This document shows positions 1 to 14,171 of a stretch of DNA of 64,000 nt, piece after piece (within the stretch, counting starts at the first letter, position 1; each line of letters begins with the position of its first letter). This DNA is from Eledone cirrhosa (taxonomy: Eukaryota), in assembly GCA_964016885.1 (NCBI GenBank), contig OZ024748.1, positions 42,470,001 to 42,534,000 on the forward strand, in the 5' to 3' direction. The notes beneath the pieces were generated by a model. That model was not told the origin of the DNA and did no database searches. It saw only the letters and a list, made by a program, of their open reading frames with translations. Both the position numbers and the translations under genes were made by a program.

Positions 1-115
1 AATCTTCTTCCATTCTGTCAAATGTTGTCATGTCAATATAGTTCCCTATTCTTTCTTCTCTTTTGTTTCCCCCTTTTTTAAAATTAATTCCGTCATTATA
101 GTTGTCATTATTTTG

Positions 116-870
116 CGGTGGATTTGGCAGTAGAATCGGTAGAGGGTTGGACGCCATGCTTTCCAGCATAGTTACGTCCCTTAACGATTTGAGTTCAAAT
201 CCCGCCGAGGTTGACTTTGCCTTTCATCCTTACGGGGTCGATAAAATAAAGTACCAGTAATACACTGATAAATTGCTAGCCTTGTGCCAAAAGTAGAAAC
301 AATTATTTTGTGGTGGATTGGCAGTATCGGTAGAGGGTCGGACGCCATGCTTTGTTTACGGCCCTTGCCATTCTGAGTTCAAATCTCGTCGAGGTTAACT
401 TTGCCTTTCATTCTTACGGGGGCGATAAAATAAAGTACCAGTAATGCACTGGGTAACTGCTGGCCTTGTGCCTAAAGTAGAAACAATTATTTTGGATTGG
501 CAGTATCGGTAGAGGGTCTGACGCCATGCTTTGCAGCATAGAGTTACGGCCCTTTATGATCTGAGTTCAAATCCTACCGAGGTTAACTTTGCCTTTCATC
601 CTTACAGGGGTCGATAAAATAAAGTACCAGTAATGTACTGGAGTCGATTTAATCGACTTTTCCCTCCCCGAAATTGCTGGCCTTGTGTCTATATAAGAAA
701 CCATATAAATATAGTACCAGTAATGTAGTGACTTTTGCTGGCCTTGTGCCAATAGTAGAAACAATTATTATTATTATTGTTACTGTAAATAATTGTTTCT
801 ACTTTTGGCACAAGGCCAGCAATTACCCAGTACATTACTGGTACTTTATTTTATCGACCCCGTAAGGATA
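116..870 (+). mobile_element. Cluster of tRNA-derived SINE family A copies (three tandem, then one inverted partial)
   Basis: Repeated GGCAGTATCGGTAGAGGGTCGGAC...GAGTTCAAATCC...GCCTTTCATCCTTACGGGGTCGATAAAATAAAGTACCAG...GTAGAAAC(AAT)n. Confidence 0.85.
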
Positions 871-1144
871 ATATCATGTTTATACAGTTTTTATCATAAA
901 TAAATTGTCCAATTCTTAAAAATATATTGAAACGTTTTTGAGTCTATAAGATACTGAATTAACTCCATTTTTGTGGGGGGTTCAAAGCGAAAGTTAACCG
1001 TGGCGGAGATAGAACCCAGAACTCCGATATAATATAAATATTATATATATACCATTTAGCAATTAAAAACAACCGTTTATAAGTTAGAATTTATTTTTGT
1101 CTCCGTTAAGTGTGTCTCCACCATTAACTAATAACCTCTCTTAC

Positions 1145-1260
1145 ACTTGCAATACATTAAAAGACAAGACCGGGTTTTGATGTGAATGGAAGCAGTCACG
1201 TGCTAGAACTAAACTGTGGACGACGGCAGCGAGGAGGAGGGAGAGGGAACGGTAGTGAGG
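1145..1260 (-). other. Candidate first exon/promoter of a minus-strand gene running off the left edge
   Basis: GC/CpG-richer unique patch with a CACGTG E-box (1197-1202). The minus strand reads ATG TAT TGC AAG T|gtaag, with the donor at 1140-1144. Confidence 0.25.
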
Positions 1261-1299
1261 GAGGGAGAGAGCGTGGAAGAGACGGAGATTGTTAGAGGG

Positions 1300-1677
1300 C
1301 CAGAGTAGATAATGAATGAATGAATGAATGAGAGTAAGAAAATAGTAAAGTGTGCGTATGTGTGAGGGAGGGAGAGAGAGAGTAATAAGATAGTGAGAGA
1401 GAGAGAGAGTCAGAAGAAAAGAAAGAATGAATGAAAGAGTAATAAGATAGTAAAGTGTGTGAGAGAGAAGGGTAATAAGCTAGTGAAGAGAGTGAGAAAG
1501 GGTAATAAGCTAGAGAGAGAGAGTGAGAAAGGGTAATAAGCTAGAGAGAGAGAGAGTTAGAAAGGGTAATAAGCTAGTAGAGAGAGAAAGGGTAATACGC
1601 TAGTAGAAAGAGAGAGAGAAAGAGAAAGGGTAATAAGCTAGTAGTGTGAGAGAGGGAAAGAGAAAGGGTAATGAGCT

Positions 1678-1708
<31 letters not shown>

Positions 1709-2330
1709 AAGAGTAATAAGCTAATGAAGTGAGAGAGAGAGAGAGAAAAAGAAAGGGTAATACGTTAGTAGAGAGAGGGTAATAAGCCAGTAAGAGACAG
1801 ATAGACAGAGAGAAAGGGTAATACGCTAATAAAGAGAGAAAGAGCAATAAACTAGTACAAAGAGAGAATGAGAAAGAGTAATACGCTAGTAGAGAGATAG
1901 AGAGAGTAATAAGCTAGTAGAGAGAGAAAGAGTAAAATGTAAGTAGAGAGAAAGAGTAATAAGCTAGTCGAGAGAGAGAAAGGGTAAGCCAGTAGAGAGA
2001 AAGGGGTATAAGCCAGCAGAGAGAAAGTGTGTAATAAGCAAGTAAAGAGAGAAAGAGTAATAGAGTAGAGAGAAAGAGTAATAGACTAGAGAGAGAGAGT
2101 GTGTGTAATAGACTAGAGAGAGAGACAAAGAGTAATAAGCCAGCAGAGAGAGAGTGTGTTAAGCCAGTAGAGAGAGAAAGAGTAATAGAGTAGAGAGAGA
2201 GAAAGAGTAATAGAGTAGAGAGAGAGAAAGAGTAATAGAGTAGAGAGAGAGTGTGTTTGTAATAGACTAGAGAGAGTGTGTGTAATAGACTAGAGAGAGA
2301 GTGTGTAATAGACGAGAGAGAGAGGGAGCA
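1300..2330. repeat. GA-rich degenerate array (GGGTAATAAGCTAG-(AG)n units)
   Basis: Direct reading. Confidence 0.9.
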
Positions 2331-2466
2331 GGACAAGCGGTCTGTTATTCCTTCTTCACACAATCAGTGGCGCTTTCTTGCTTTACCAGAACCATTTTAT
2401 CTGTCGTTGCTGATAGGTTTTTTTTTTAAACTACACCCTATAATATATATATATATACACACACAC

Positions 2467-2500
<34 letters not shown>

Positions 2501-2852
2501 TACACACTATATATATATATTCCCAAGATGAATTGCCAGGGAAATGTCATTGTGAGTCGATCTCTCTTACATTATTACTATTATCATCATAAATATCATT
2601 ATAATTATCATTATTATCATCATTATTATCATATTTACACATATAGAAGATAATATTGAAATTTTTTATTCAATTTTCTCTTTGAAAATGTTTATTTTCT
2701 GCAATTAAAGGCAGTATTAAAAGATATCGTCTGCTTTCATCCATTCCTGCAGACGACCGACATAAAGATGTTCAATCTGTTATAAATAACCTGTACAACA
2801 CCAAACATTACTACTATTGTTACTACTACTATTGATATTAGTAGTAGTAGTG

Positions 2853-2883
<31 letters not shown>

Positions 2884-3012
2884 TATATATCATTATTATT
2901 TATACAACCTGCTCGTGTAGAAACATAGCTAGACACACACAGATATAAATATACACACATGTATATATTTTTGAAGGACACACATGTATATATATATATA
3001 TTTGTTAATATC

Positions 3013-3057
<45 letters not shown>

Positions 3058-3455
3058 TGCATATACATACATACACGCATGCATATGTGTATATATACAC
3101 ACACGCATGCACACACACACACATATATATATATATATTATATACGCATGCATATATATATACATGCATTATATATGTATATATATATAATGTATATTTA
3201 TACGCACACGCACAAACATATATATACATGCTTATATTCCTTATTCTTATGTAAGCTAAAAGATATACATGCTTATATATATATATATATACACACAACA
3301 GACACAGACGTGTATATTTATACGCACACAAGCACACACATATATATATATATATATACACACGCAGACGTGTATATTTACACGCACACAAACACACACA
3401 CACACATACATATATATATACACACAGACGTGTCTATTTATACGCACACAAGCAC

Positions 3456-3486
<31 letters not shown>

Positions 3487-3574
3487 GACGTGTATATTTA
3501 CACGCACACAAGCACACACACACACACACATATATATATATACACACAGACGTGTCTATTTACACGCACACAAG

Positions 3575-3626
<52 letters not shown>

Positions 3627-4847
3627 GACGTGTATATTTACACGCACACAAGCACACACACACACACATATATATATATATACACACACAGACGTGTATA
3701 TTTACACGCACACACGCACATGCATATATATATTTACACACACACACACACATATATATATATTTACACACACACACACACATATATATATATACACGCG
3801 CATTATCCACGTTATTGATAACAAACGGAAGAGTATTCAATACCGAAGCACACGCACACGCACACACACATATATGTGTATATACACACACATATATATA
3901 TATGTATATATATATGTATATACACACATAATATACATGTTGGCGTTAAGGAACGGAAATAAGAGTACTCAATGCCCGAGTACAGACACACGTATATATA
4001 TGTGTGTATACATATATATATAAATATATATATATATGTGTATATATATAGTAATAATTGTTTCTACTTTAGGCACAAGCCAGCAATTACCATTGTATGT
4101 GTATATATATATATATATGTGTATATATGTGTATGTGTGTATATATGTATATATATATATGTGTGTGTGTATATGTATATATATGTGTGTGTATATATGT
4201 ATATATATGTGTGTGTATATATGTATATATATATGTGTGTGTATATATGTATATATATATATGTGTATATATGTATATATATATATGTGTGTATATATGT
4301 ATATATATATGTGTGTATATATGTATATATATATGTGTGTATATATGTATATATATATGTGTGTATATATGTATATATATATGTGTGTGTATATATGTAT
4401 ATATATATATGTGTGTATATATGTATATATATATATGTGTGTATATATGTATATATATATGTGTGTATATATGTATATATATATGTGTGTATATATGTAT
4501 ATATATATATATGTGTGTATATGTGTGTATATATGTGTATATATATGTGTATATATATGTGTATATATATGTGTATATATATGTGTATATATGTGTATAT
4601 ATATATGTATATATATGTGTATATATATGTATATAGATGTGTATATATATGTGTATATATATATATGTATATGTGTATATATATATATGTATATGTGTAT
4701 ATATATGTGTATGTGTATATATATATGTGTATGTGTGTATGTGTATATATATATGTGTATGTGTATATATATATGTGTGTATATGTGTATGTGTATATAT
4801 ATATATGTGTGTATATATGTATATATATATATATGTGTGTATATATG

Positions 4848-4884
<37 letters not shown>

Positions 4885-4895
4885 GTGTATATATG

Positions 4896-4932
<37 letters not shown>

Positions 4933-5066
4933 GTGTATATATATATGTATATATATATATATGTGTATATATATATATGTGTATATATATATATATATAT
5001 GTGTATATATTAGCATTAAAGAAGGGAAGTACTCAATAACCATCTACAACATTGTTTCCTACGAAG

Positions 5067-5191
5067 CAGGGCCGTCTCAACAGTGGGGCCCATTTGTATT
5101 TTTATTCCTGTGAGTGGTTGTGTAGGTAGGGGCCTCAGTGCTCTGCATTGCCCGGGGGGTGGGGGCCTACACTGCAGTTAAGACGGACCTG
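5067..5191. mobile_element. hAT-type MITE with 8-bp TSD
   Basis: TIRs CAGGGCCGTCTCAAC / GTTAAGACGGACCTG; CTACGAAG duplicated at 5059-5066 and 5192-5199. Confidence 0.9.
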
Positions 5192-5256
5192 CTACGAAGT
5201 GTCAATTATTCGAATATTTACTAAAACCATTTATTTTGGGTGGAGGAGAATAAACC

Positions 5257-5306
<50 letters not shown>

Positions 5307-6574
5307 ATATATGTGTGTGTGTGTATATGTATGTGTGTGTGTGTATATGTATGTGTGTGTGTGTATATGTATGTGTGTGTGTGTGTGTGTATACATGTGT
5401 ATGTGTGTACATATATATGTGTATGTCTGTGTGTATACATATGTGTATATACATGTGTATATGTGTATATATGTGTATATATGTGTGTATATATATGTGT
5501 GTATATATGTGTGTATATGTGTGTATATATGTGTGTGTATATATATGTGTATATATGTATGTGTATATATATATATATATATGTGTGTATATATGTGTGT
5601 ATATATGTGTATATATATATATATATATATGTGTGTATATATATATGTGTGTATATATATATATATGTGTGTATATATATATGTGTGTATATATATATAT
5701 ATGTGTATATATATGTGTATATATGTGTATATATATATATATATGTGTGTGTGTATATATATGTGTGTATATATGTGTATATATATATATATGTGTATAT
5801 ATATATATATGTGTGTATATATATGTGTATATATATGTGTATATATATATATATGTGTGTATATATATGTATATATATGTGTATATATATATATATGTGT
5901 ATATATATATATATGTGTATATATATATATATATGTGTATATATATATATATATGTGTATATATATATATATATGTGTGTATATATATATATATATGTGT
6001 GTATATATATATGTGTGTATATATATATGTGTATATATATGTGTATATATATATATATGTGTATATATATATATGTGTATATATATATGTGTGTATATAT
6101 GTATGTGTGTGTATATATATATGTGTATATATATGTATGTGTGTATATATGTATGTGTGTATGTATGTATGTATGTATATATATAATGTATTAAGAGAGA
6201 AACGGTATATGTGTAGAAAACATCAAAAGAAACAAGTGTCTATATATATATATATATATATATATGAGAAGGAGATTGTGCATACGTGTGAGTATGTATG
6301 TGTATATATATATATATATATATATAAGGAGAATGTGCATACGTGTATGTGTGTATATATGTGTGAGTGTACCACGGCTAAGGAATGAGAGATCATATAT
6401 ACATAGCCTACATACGTGTATATAAACATATATATATATATTCATACATACACAACTCATGTAAGGAATGTTGAGAGAACATGTGTGTATATATATGTGT
6501 GTGTCTATGTATATTTATGTATGTGTGTATATATTGTATAAATATCTTCCATTTAGTAAATATATATATATTAT

Positions 6575-6614
<40 letters not shown>

Positions 6615-6745
6615 GTAATAATATATATTATAATATATATATATATGTAAATATATATATATATATAATATATATTATTACATATATATATATATAATAT
6701 ATATTAATACATATATATATATATAATAATATATATTATTACATA

Positions 6746-6781
<36 letters not shown>

Positions 6782-7019
6782 CTGTGTGTAGAAACGTATA
6801 TTTATTTTAATTACTCAACATTCCCTTATTTCACTTTTATATTTATATATAATTCTACATACCTTAATTGTATATACGTTAAGTACATGTAACCCTATCC
6901 CATCCACCTTTACTCGACTCCTTAATCTACCTTAATGACCCTAAATCAACTAATTACTATTTGCCCTTGTCTCTTTCACCTGGTGCCCTTCTCACAAATA
7001 TATCCAATTATTACCATTA

Positions 7020-7225
7020 TTATTAAATTGTTGGCCTTTTGCCTAAATCAGAAACCTTTAAAAGTACCAGTAATGAACTGAGGTCGATTTGATCGATTTC
7101 CCCCTCCCCCCAATATTGTTGGCCTTGTATCTATAGTAGAAATCATCATTTACGGGTTCGATAAAATAAAGTACCAGTAATGTACTGAGTTATTGCTGGC
7201 CTTGTGCCAAAAGAAGAAACAATTA
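7020..7225 (+). mobile_element. SINE family A 3' fragments
   Basis: Same AAAGTACCAGTAATG and GGCCTTGTGCC motifs. Confidence 0.7.
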
Positions 7226-7282
7226 GTATTTTATTTTTCCTTCGTCGTATTTGGGAAACCTTCTGGTGTGGCAGTCTGTGGT

Positions 7283-7352
<70 letters not shown>

Positions 7353-7359
7353 GTGTGTG

Positions 7360-7402
<43 letters not shown>

Positions 7403-7439
7403 GTGTGTGTGTATATGTATATATATATATTTATATATA

Positions 7440-7562
<123 letters not shown>

Positions 7563-7597
7563 ATATATATATATATATATGTGTGTGTATATATATA

Positions 7598-7628
<31 letters not shown>

Positions 7629-7655
7629 GTGTGTGTATATATATATATATATATA

Positions 7656-7686
<31 letters not shown>

Positions 7687-7767
7687 GTGTGTATATATAT
7701 ATATATATGTGTGTATATGTATATATTTATATATATACATATATATATGTGTGTGTATATGTATATG

Positions 7768-7798
<31 letters not shown>

Positions 7799-7939
7799 AT
7801 ATACATGTGTGTATATGTATATATATATATATATTTATATACATGTGTGTGTATATGTATATATATATATATATATATTTATATACATGTGTGTGTATAT
7901 GTATATATATATATATATTTATATATATATGTGTGTGTG

Positions 7940-8010
<71 letters not shown>

Positions 8011-8150
8011 ATACACACACACATGATGCAACCAACGTCTGTTGTATATACTGTGTATCGAGTACTCCTTTGATGTTTAGTCTTCCTGGTCCCACTGCTG
8101 TAGATCACACACACGCACACACGCACGCACGCACACACGCACACACGCAC

Positions 8151-8210
<60 letters not shown>

Positions 8211-8414
8211 GACAAAGATACCTATACTCTACCAACGTATTGAGTACTGTGTTCCTCCCTCCATCGACACAATTTGGGAACCTACATTTATGTATATATA
8301 CATACACACTGCAACTACTAGCATCTTGCCATCTTCCACCTCTATCTCTTGTCTACCCCTCTCTCTCTCTCTCTCTCTCTATAAAATCCAATGTCAATAA
8401 ATACACCAGGATTC

Positions 8415-8475
8415 TTTCATTCTGATGATTGAAAGCAAAATTTGTTTGCTTTCAAGAAACCACTGGTAAATGAAA
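8415..8475 (+). ncRNA. Type I hammerhead ribozyme, intact
   Basis: TTTCATT-CTGATGA-TTGAAAGCAAA-atttg-TTTGCTTTCAA-GAAA-CCACTGG-TA-AATGAAA: 7-bp stem I, 11-bp stem II, CCA/TGG stem III, GUA triplet. Confidence 0.9.
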
Positions 8476-8847
8476 TAATTGCCTTATGTTTATTACATAA
8501 CTATATATATATTCTAACTTCTCTCTCTCTCTACCTATCTAACCTCTCTCTCTCTCTCTATATATATAAACACACCTCTCTCCCTATCTAACCCCCTCTC
8601 TCTATATATATATATCTAACCCCCTCTCTCTCTATATATATATATCTAACCCCCTCTCTCTCTATATATATCTAACCCCCTCTCTCTATATATATATCTA
8701 ACCCCCCCCCCCTCTCTATATATATATACACAAACCTCTATTTCTCTTTATTTACCTTTTCTCTGTTTTCATTGTCTACTTCTGTCAATGTTATTTTCGT
8801 CACTCTCCGGTGTGTTTATTTCTCCTCTCTTTCTCTACCTCTCTTCC

Positions 8848-9170
8848 TCTGTCACTCTATCTACTTCTCTTTCTCTGTCACTCTATCTACCTCTCTTTCT
8901 CTGTCACTCTATCTACTTCTCTTTCTCTGTCACTCTATCTACTTCTCTTTCTCTGTCACTCTATCTACCTCTCTTTCTCTGTCACTCTATCTACCTCTCT
9001 TTCTCTGTCACTCTATCTACCTCTCTTTCTCTGTCACTCTATCTACTTCTCTTTCTCTGTCACTCTATCTACTTCTCTTTCTCTGTCACTCTATCTACCT
9101 CTCTTTCTCTGTCACTCTATCTACCTCTCTTTCTCTGTCACTCTATCTACCTCTCTTTCTCTGTCACTCT
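8848..9170. repeat. 26-bp pyrimidine-rich minisatellite (CTGTCACTCTATCTACYTCTCTTTCT)n
   Basis: Direct reading; followed by a degenerate CT-rich array to ~9670. Confidence 0.95.
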
Positions 9171-10145
9171 TATCTACACCCTCTCTCTCTGTTAGTCTAT
9201 CTACCTCTCTCTCGTTCTCTGTCACTCTGTCATCTCTCCCACTACTATCATTCCCCTCTCTTTAGTCTGTCAGCCCCCCTCTCTTTCAACTCTGTTATCA
9301 CTCTTCCCCCTCTCTCGCCCACTCTATCATCCCTCCCACTACTATCATTACTCCCTCTCTCCCCACTCTATCATTTCTCTCTCTCTCCCCACTCTATCAT
9401 TACTCTCTCTCTCCCCAATCTATCATTACTCCCTCTCTCCGCTCAGTATATCATTACTCCCTCTCTCCCCAATCTATCATTACTCCTTCTCTCCGCTCTC
9501 TCCCCAATCTATCATTACTCTCTCTCTCCCCAATCTATCATTACTCCCTCTCTCTCTCCCCCTCAGTATATCATTACCCCCTCTCCCCAGTCTATCATTA
9601 CTCCCTTCCCCCCCTCAGTATGTCATTACCCCCTCTCTCTACTCTCCCTAGTTTATCGTTACTCCCTCTCTCACCTTAACTACATTACCCAGACAATACC
9701 CTATTAAGTGTTCAGTGGACATTGATGATATAAAATAGGTTTAGGAAGACCCCCACCTCAGTCACTGTCTCTACTATATACAGATTTCTGCTTCCTCACT
9801 ATCTATTTCTCTACATCTGTCTGTCTGTCTGCTGTCTCTCATTTCTGACACCCCCCACCCTCTCCCTCCTATTGTCTTGGCTGTATTTCCTTAGATTCCT
9901 ACTCTGCCTGTCCATCTCATTTCTACTCTCTCTCTCTTTATCTCTCTTTATCTCTCCACCACTCTCCCATTTCTCTCTCCACCTCCCTCTCTCCATCTCT
10001 CTCCCATCTCACTCTCTTTCTCTCCACTTACAATTACCAAATGTGTTTGATTCCATCACTTACATTCAGTCTCCCTGCCTTTTCCTGTCGCTGCCCTATA
10101 TTCCAAAGCAAATTTCCACTCACTACATACATACATACATATATG

Positions 10146-10203
<58 letters not shown>

Positions 10204-10537
10204 CACATGTATCGAGTGTCGGTGCATATATGTGCACACACGCACACGTTTTCTTAAGCGACCCTCCCCCTCACATGTCACTTATTGAATAGATACAAAT
10301 GTAATTCCAACCCCCACCCCCGCCGATAGATCGGTGTTTCCCAAAATGGGTTCCGTGAGAAAAAGTATCCTTTTATAAAATTTGATAAAATATATTTTAG
10401 AAATTTTTTGTTCAGTTATATTATACGGCTGGGAAAAACCTCTTTCCTAGAGCTAATTTTATTGTAAGAGACTATTTTGAGTTTCTAACTCAATACATGC
10501 CTTTGATATATTTTAGAAAGATAATTTATTCATAATA

Positions 10538-10577
<40 letters not shown>

Positions 10578-10682
10578 AGATCAAAATATATATATTATGT
10601 ATACTCCAGTCCTACAAATTGTAGAGTGCTTCTTATCCGATATCTGCATTGCTTTATTGTACTACAATAAAACTCACCTCCT

Positions 10683-10747
<65 letters not shown>

Positions 10748-10749
<2 letters not shown>

Positions 10750-10985
10750 ATCATCATCTTCGTTTAACGTCCATTTTCCACGCTAGCATGGGTTAGGCGG
10801 GAGTTGTCCCACTTGAGGTAAAGTTGGTCGGGTGACAGGTTTTCTACGACTGGATGCCCTTCCTAACACCAACCACATTTACAGTGTGGAAACAGAACTT
10901 TTTACCGTGTTACCTACACGACCACATTACAGAGTGGACTGTTTTTTCTCGTGACACCTACACGATCTCGATACACGATCTCATA
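10748..10985 (-). mobile_element. RTE/SINE 3'-tail fragment
   Basis: CATCATC...GTTTAACGTCC...GGATGCCCTTCCTAACACCAACC, as in the 31.3-kb LINE 3' UTR. Confidence 0.7.
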
Positions 10986-11074
10986 TATATATATATATAT
11001 ATTAAAGAGTTAAACAATATTCAATGAGTATATCAAAGAAGCACTCTATGGAGGAATAATTTTCCAGAGTTATT

Positions 11075-11355
11075 AATATTAAAATACAAATATTAATAAA
11101 ATAGATGTTCTTTTTATCAATTACGTTTTATTATACATATTTCGGATGTACAACAGTACGTCCTCATCAGACAAAATACCCTGAAATGTTAAATGATTAA
11201 GATTTAATCAAGGTAGTGATTAACCTAAGAGAAAGTTTAACATTTATACCCTAATAATGAGAAAATGCGAAAACGTAATCGTACATCCGAAATATGTATA
11301 ATAAAATGTAATTGATAAAAAGAATATCTATTTTATTAATATTTGTATTTTAATA
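11075..11355. repeat. Fold-back inverted repeat (~77-bp arms), hammerhead-associated
   Basis: ~11075-11151 is the reverse complement of ~11281-11355. Confidence 0.85.
11126..11176 (-). ncRNA. Type I minimal hammerhead ribozyme
   Basis: Minus strand: TTTTGT-CTGATGA-GGACGTAC-tgtt-GTACATCC-GAAA-TATGTA-TA-ATAAAA. Confidence 0.8.
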
Positions 11356-11378
11356 TATATATATATAATGTGTGTGTA

Positions 11379-11700
11379 TCATCATCATCATCATTTTACG
11401 TCCGCTTTTCCCTGCTTGCAAGGGTGGGACGGGAACTGATTCTGGCTTGATTTCTACAGCTGGATGCCCTTCCTAACACCAACCTCATTTACAGTGAGTG
11501 TTGGGTGCTTTTTTGCCGTGGCGCCTACACGTCCACTTTGCAGTGGAATGATAGGGACCTCAGTCCCTATCATCTCATTTCTACAGCTGAGTAAACTGGA
11601 GCAATGTGAAATAAAGTGTCTTGCTCACCCGGTCTGAGAATTGAACTGACAACCTTTCGATTGCAAGGTCAATGCTCTAACCACTAAGCCATGTGCCTCC
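11379..11700 (-). mobile_element. tRNA-derived CORE-type SINE (family B) with RTE tail
   Basis: A box TGGCTTAGTGG, B box GTTCAATTC, a CORE-like GAGCAAGACACTTTATTTCAC...CTCAGCTGTAGAAATG block, and a 3' end matching the RTE LINE tail. Confidence 0.85.
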
Positions 11701-12236
11701 ACATGTGTATGTTGGTATGAATAAATTATCTTTCTAAAATAATTTTCGTTTAATTTAAAGTCGTCTTGAAATTAAAGATAGTCCTTAAAATATAGGTATG
11801 GGTTCAACGATTTATGTTTTGAAATCGTAAAAGAGTACCACGATGAAATATGTTTAGGAACCATTAATCTATATCTCAGAATCCCTAATAAAAATAAAAT
11901 TGTATAATTTTATTACTAGTGATCCCCGTGTCGTCAATAATGATGGTAATGATATTGAATGTATTTAATTTTTAGAGTCCCAAATTGGTATGTCATATGT
12001 ACCAGGCTTACAGAATATAACAGTTATAATACAAAACTAGGATATTTGTATTTTCATAAATGATTGGCTTGCTATAGTTTATGTTGACTACTGACAAGTG
12101 GAAGTGATTTAAAGATAAAAAAAAAATATTTTGCTGATTTATTTCTTGGATATAATCACATTGATGTGTTTAGTATATATATATATATATGTATATAAAT
12201 TACACAATAATCAAAACTATGTTCAAATCATTTTAT

Positions 12237-12284
12237 TGCTGACAATCGTTTCTTCCAAACTTTAGTTTGGGAGTCCTCGGAGCA
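12237..12284 (-). ncRNA. Mirror-copy hammerhead (U4C core) in the left arm of the fold-back
   Basis: Minus strand: TGCT-CCGAGGA-CTCCCAAAC-taaa-GTTTGGAA-GAAA-CGATTG-TC-AGCA. Confidence 0.6.
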
Positions 12285-12511
12285 CTAGCAAAGTTTGGAC
12301 ATATAACTAACTTCCTATCCAACTGAACAATCATATAGATACATGGATATTAATGTTGTCATCAACAGTTTCGTATTTACAGAATGGAATGGATGTGACA
12401 GAGATTACAAGAGAATCGTATAATAAACTGTTGATGACAACATTAATATCCATGTATCTATATGATTGTTCAGTTGGATAGGAAATTAATTATATGTCCA
12501 AACTTTGCTAG

Positions 12512-12558
12512 TGCTCCGAGGATTCCAAACGAAAGTTTGGAAGAAACGATTGTCAGCA
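12512..12558 (+). ncRNA. Type I hammerhead ribozyme with U4C core variant
   Basis: TGCT-CCGAGGA-TTCCAAAC-gaaa-GTTTGGAA-GAAA-CGATTG-TC-AGCA. Confidence 0.7.
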
Positions 12559-12748
12559 ATAAAATGATTTGAACATAGTTTTGATTATTGTGTAATTTAT
12601 ATTCCTGCTCTGTAAAACATCTGATGTATTTACATTGAGCTATTTTTCTTACTGGTAATAAGGTAGTAATAAATTACTGACCTTTCCTGTTTATAGTTGT
12701 ATATAGTGTATATATAACTATAAATATTATTATTATATATATACACAC

Positions 12749-13620
12749 ATACATAAATGGCAATTTCTGTCTGTCTGTGTGTGTTTGTGTGTTTGTTTGT
12801 GTATCTAAAACTCAAAAACTACCAAACCGATCTTGATGAAACTTGACACGTGTGAGGGGCTCATACCCATTTGATTTCTTAGATATATTTCGTTTTAATC
12901 AAAGGGTTCTCCGGGGACTCAAACCCCGCTGAAAATGTTTCCCCTTCGATTTATATGAAATTTAAACCATAGATAAATAAGATATGATGCCTATTCACAA
13001 AATTTCAATAATATTAAGACACCCTAATGGGGGTTAAACCCCCTATAGGGAAAATTTTGGCCAATAAATAGAACAAGATCTCACAAACTCCTCCTATGGA
13101 CCCCCATAACCATATATATTCTGAAACTACATTGCCCAGGGTACTTGGATAAGTATATTTCATTTTAATCAAAGGGTTCCCCGGGGCCACAAAACACCCA
13201 CTGAAAATGTTTTCCCTTCGATTTATATGAATTTTAAACCATAAGTAAATGACAAGATATGATGCCCTATTCACAAAATTTCAGTTCATTCTCACGCTAA
13301 GCATTGACCAACAGTTTGTCGCCTTACTAATCCAGCACTTATTGTAAGTCTTCAGTTTCTCTTGAAAAAAAATGTTCAACCTATCCTATGGTTCTATTTG
13401 TTTCCTTATAGCAACACTCAACTTCTCTGACAAACAGTTTTTCGCCTGACCAATGTAATCAGCAATATTTGTTTGTATTATTGTTTTGTAAATGAATTTG
13501 TCTTCGCTTTTGATTATCTCTCCTATATTTTGATTTCATTTTTGGTCTGAGAGGCATTGGGCATTTTAATGGGAACTAAGAATAGCTCCGCTCCCAGGTA
13601 TTACCGGGTACCTCAGCTAG
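12749..13620 (+). mobile_element. Non-autonomous Helitron-like element
   Basis: 3' hairpin CCCAGGTATTACCGGG then CTAG|T, (TCTG)/(TG) repeats near the 5' end, and an internal duplication (12890-13010 vs 13160-13285). Confidence 0.65.
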
Positions 13621-13695
13621 TATATATATATATATATATATATATAATAATATGATATGGGTGAGGTGTCAAATTTTTCATTACATTTATTGTGG

Positions 13696-14171
13696 TGTGA
13701 CGCGTGTTTCGCGATTGAGGGTAATGAGCCTAGGGTGCAGCAGTGTAGGGACTGTGTCCCGCAGACAAGACCACAAAAGCATTTCCACAGACATGGCCAG
13801 TGACACCCACTACAACAGCCACCCCACCTCACGTGGCTCCTTCCTCAGACAGGCTGCTGACACTCTGATCATGCGAAGAAGCTCAGTGAGGTTTTTATTG
13901 ATTAGGTTCAGTTATGTTTCAATGGGTGGCTCAAGAACCATATTAATTACTATAGACCTGACTCCAGCCTCAATCTGCTCATCAGACTTGTTAATCAAGC
14001 AAAACCAGAATCTCATCTGATAAGATTCTGGTTTTGTTCTTAATGTATGTATACACTTTGTTATAGCATAGTGGGCTAATATTGGTACCCTCAATCTATC
14101 AACTTTCGTTTGGAATCCTCGAAGCACTAGCAAAGTTTGGACATATAATTAACTTCCTATCCAACTGAACA

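Larger units (their letters stand above)
12195..12602. repeat. Fold-back inverted repeat (~177-bp arms), hammerhead in each arm
   Basis: 12195-12371 is the near-perfect reverse complement of 12425-12602, with a ~53-bp spacer. Confidence 0.9.

Noticed and set aside
11630-11700. tRNA genes at SINE heads (also ~40235, ~44320, ~51780)
   Set aside because: A and B boxes are present but they run into SINE bodies, and I could not build a full cloverleaf.
10332-11865. Old hAT/Charlie-like element enclosing several nested insertions
   Set aside because: The ends (CGGTGTTTCCCAAA / TTTAGGAACCATT) are only loosely complementary and no 8-bp TSD is visible.
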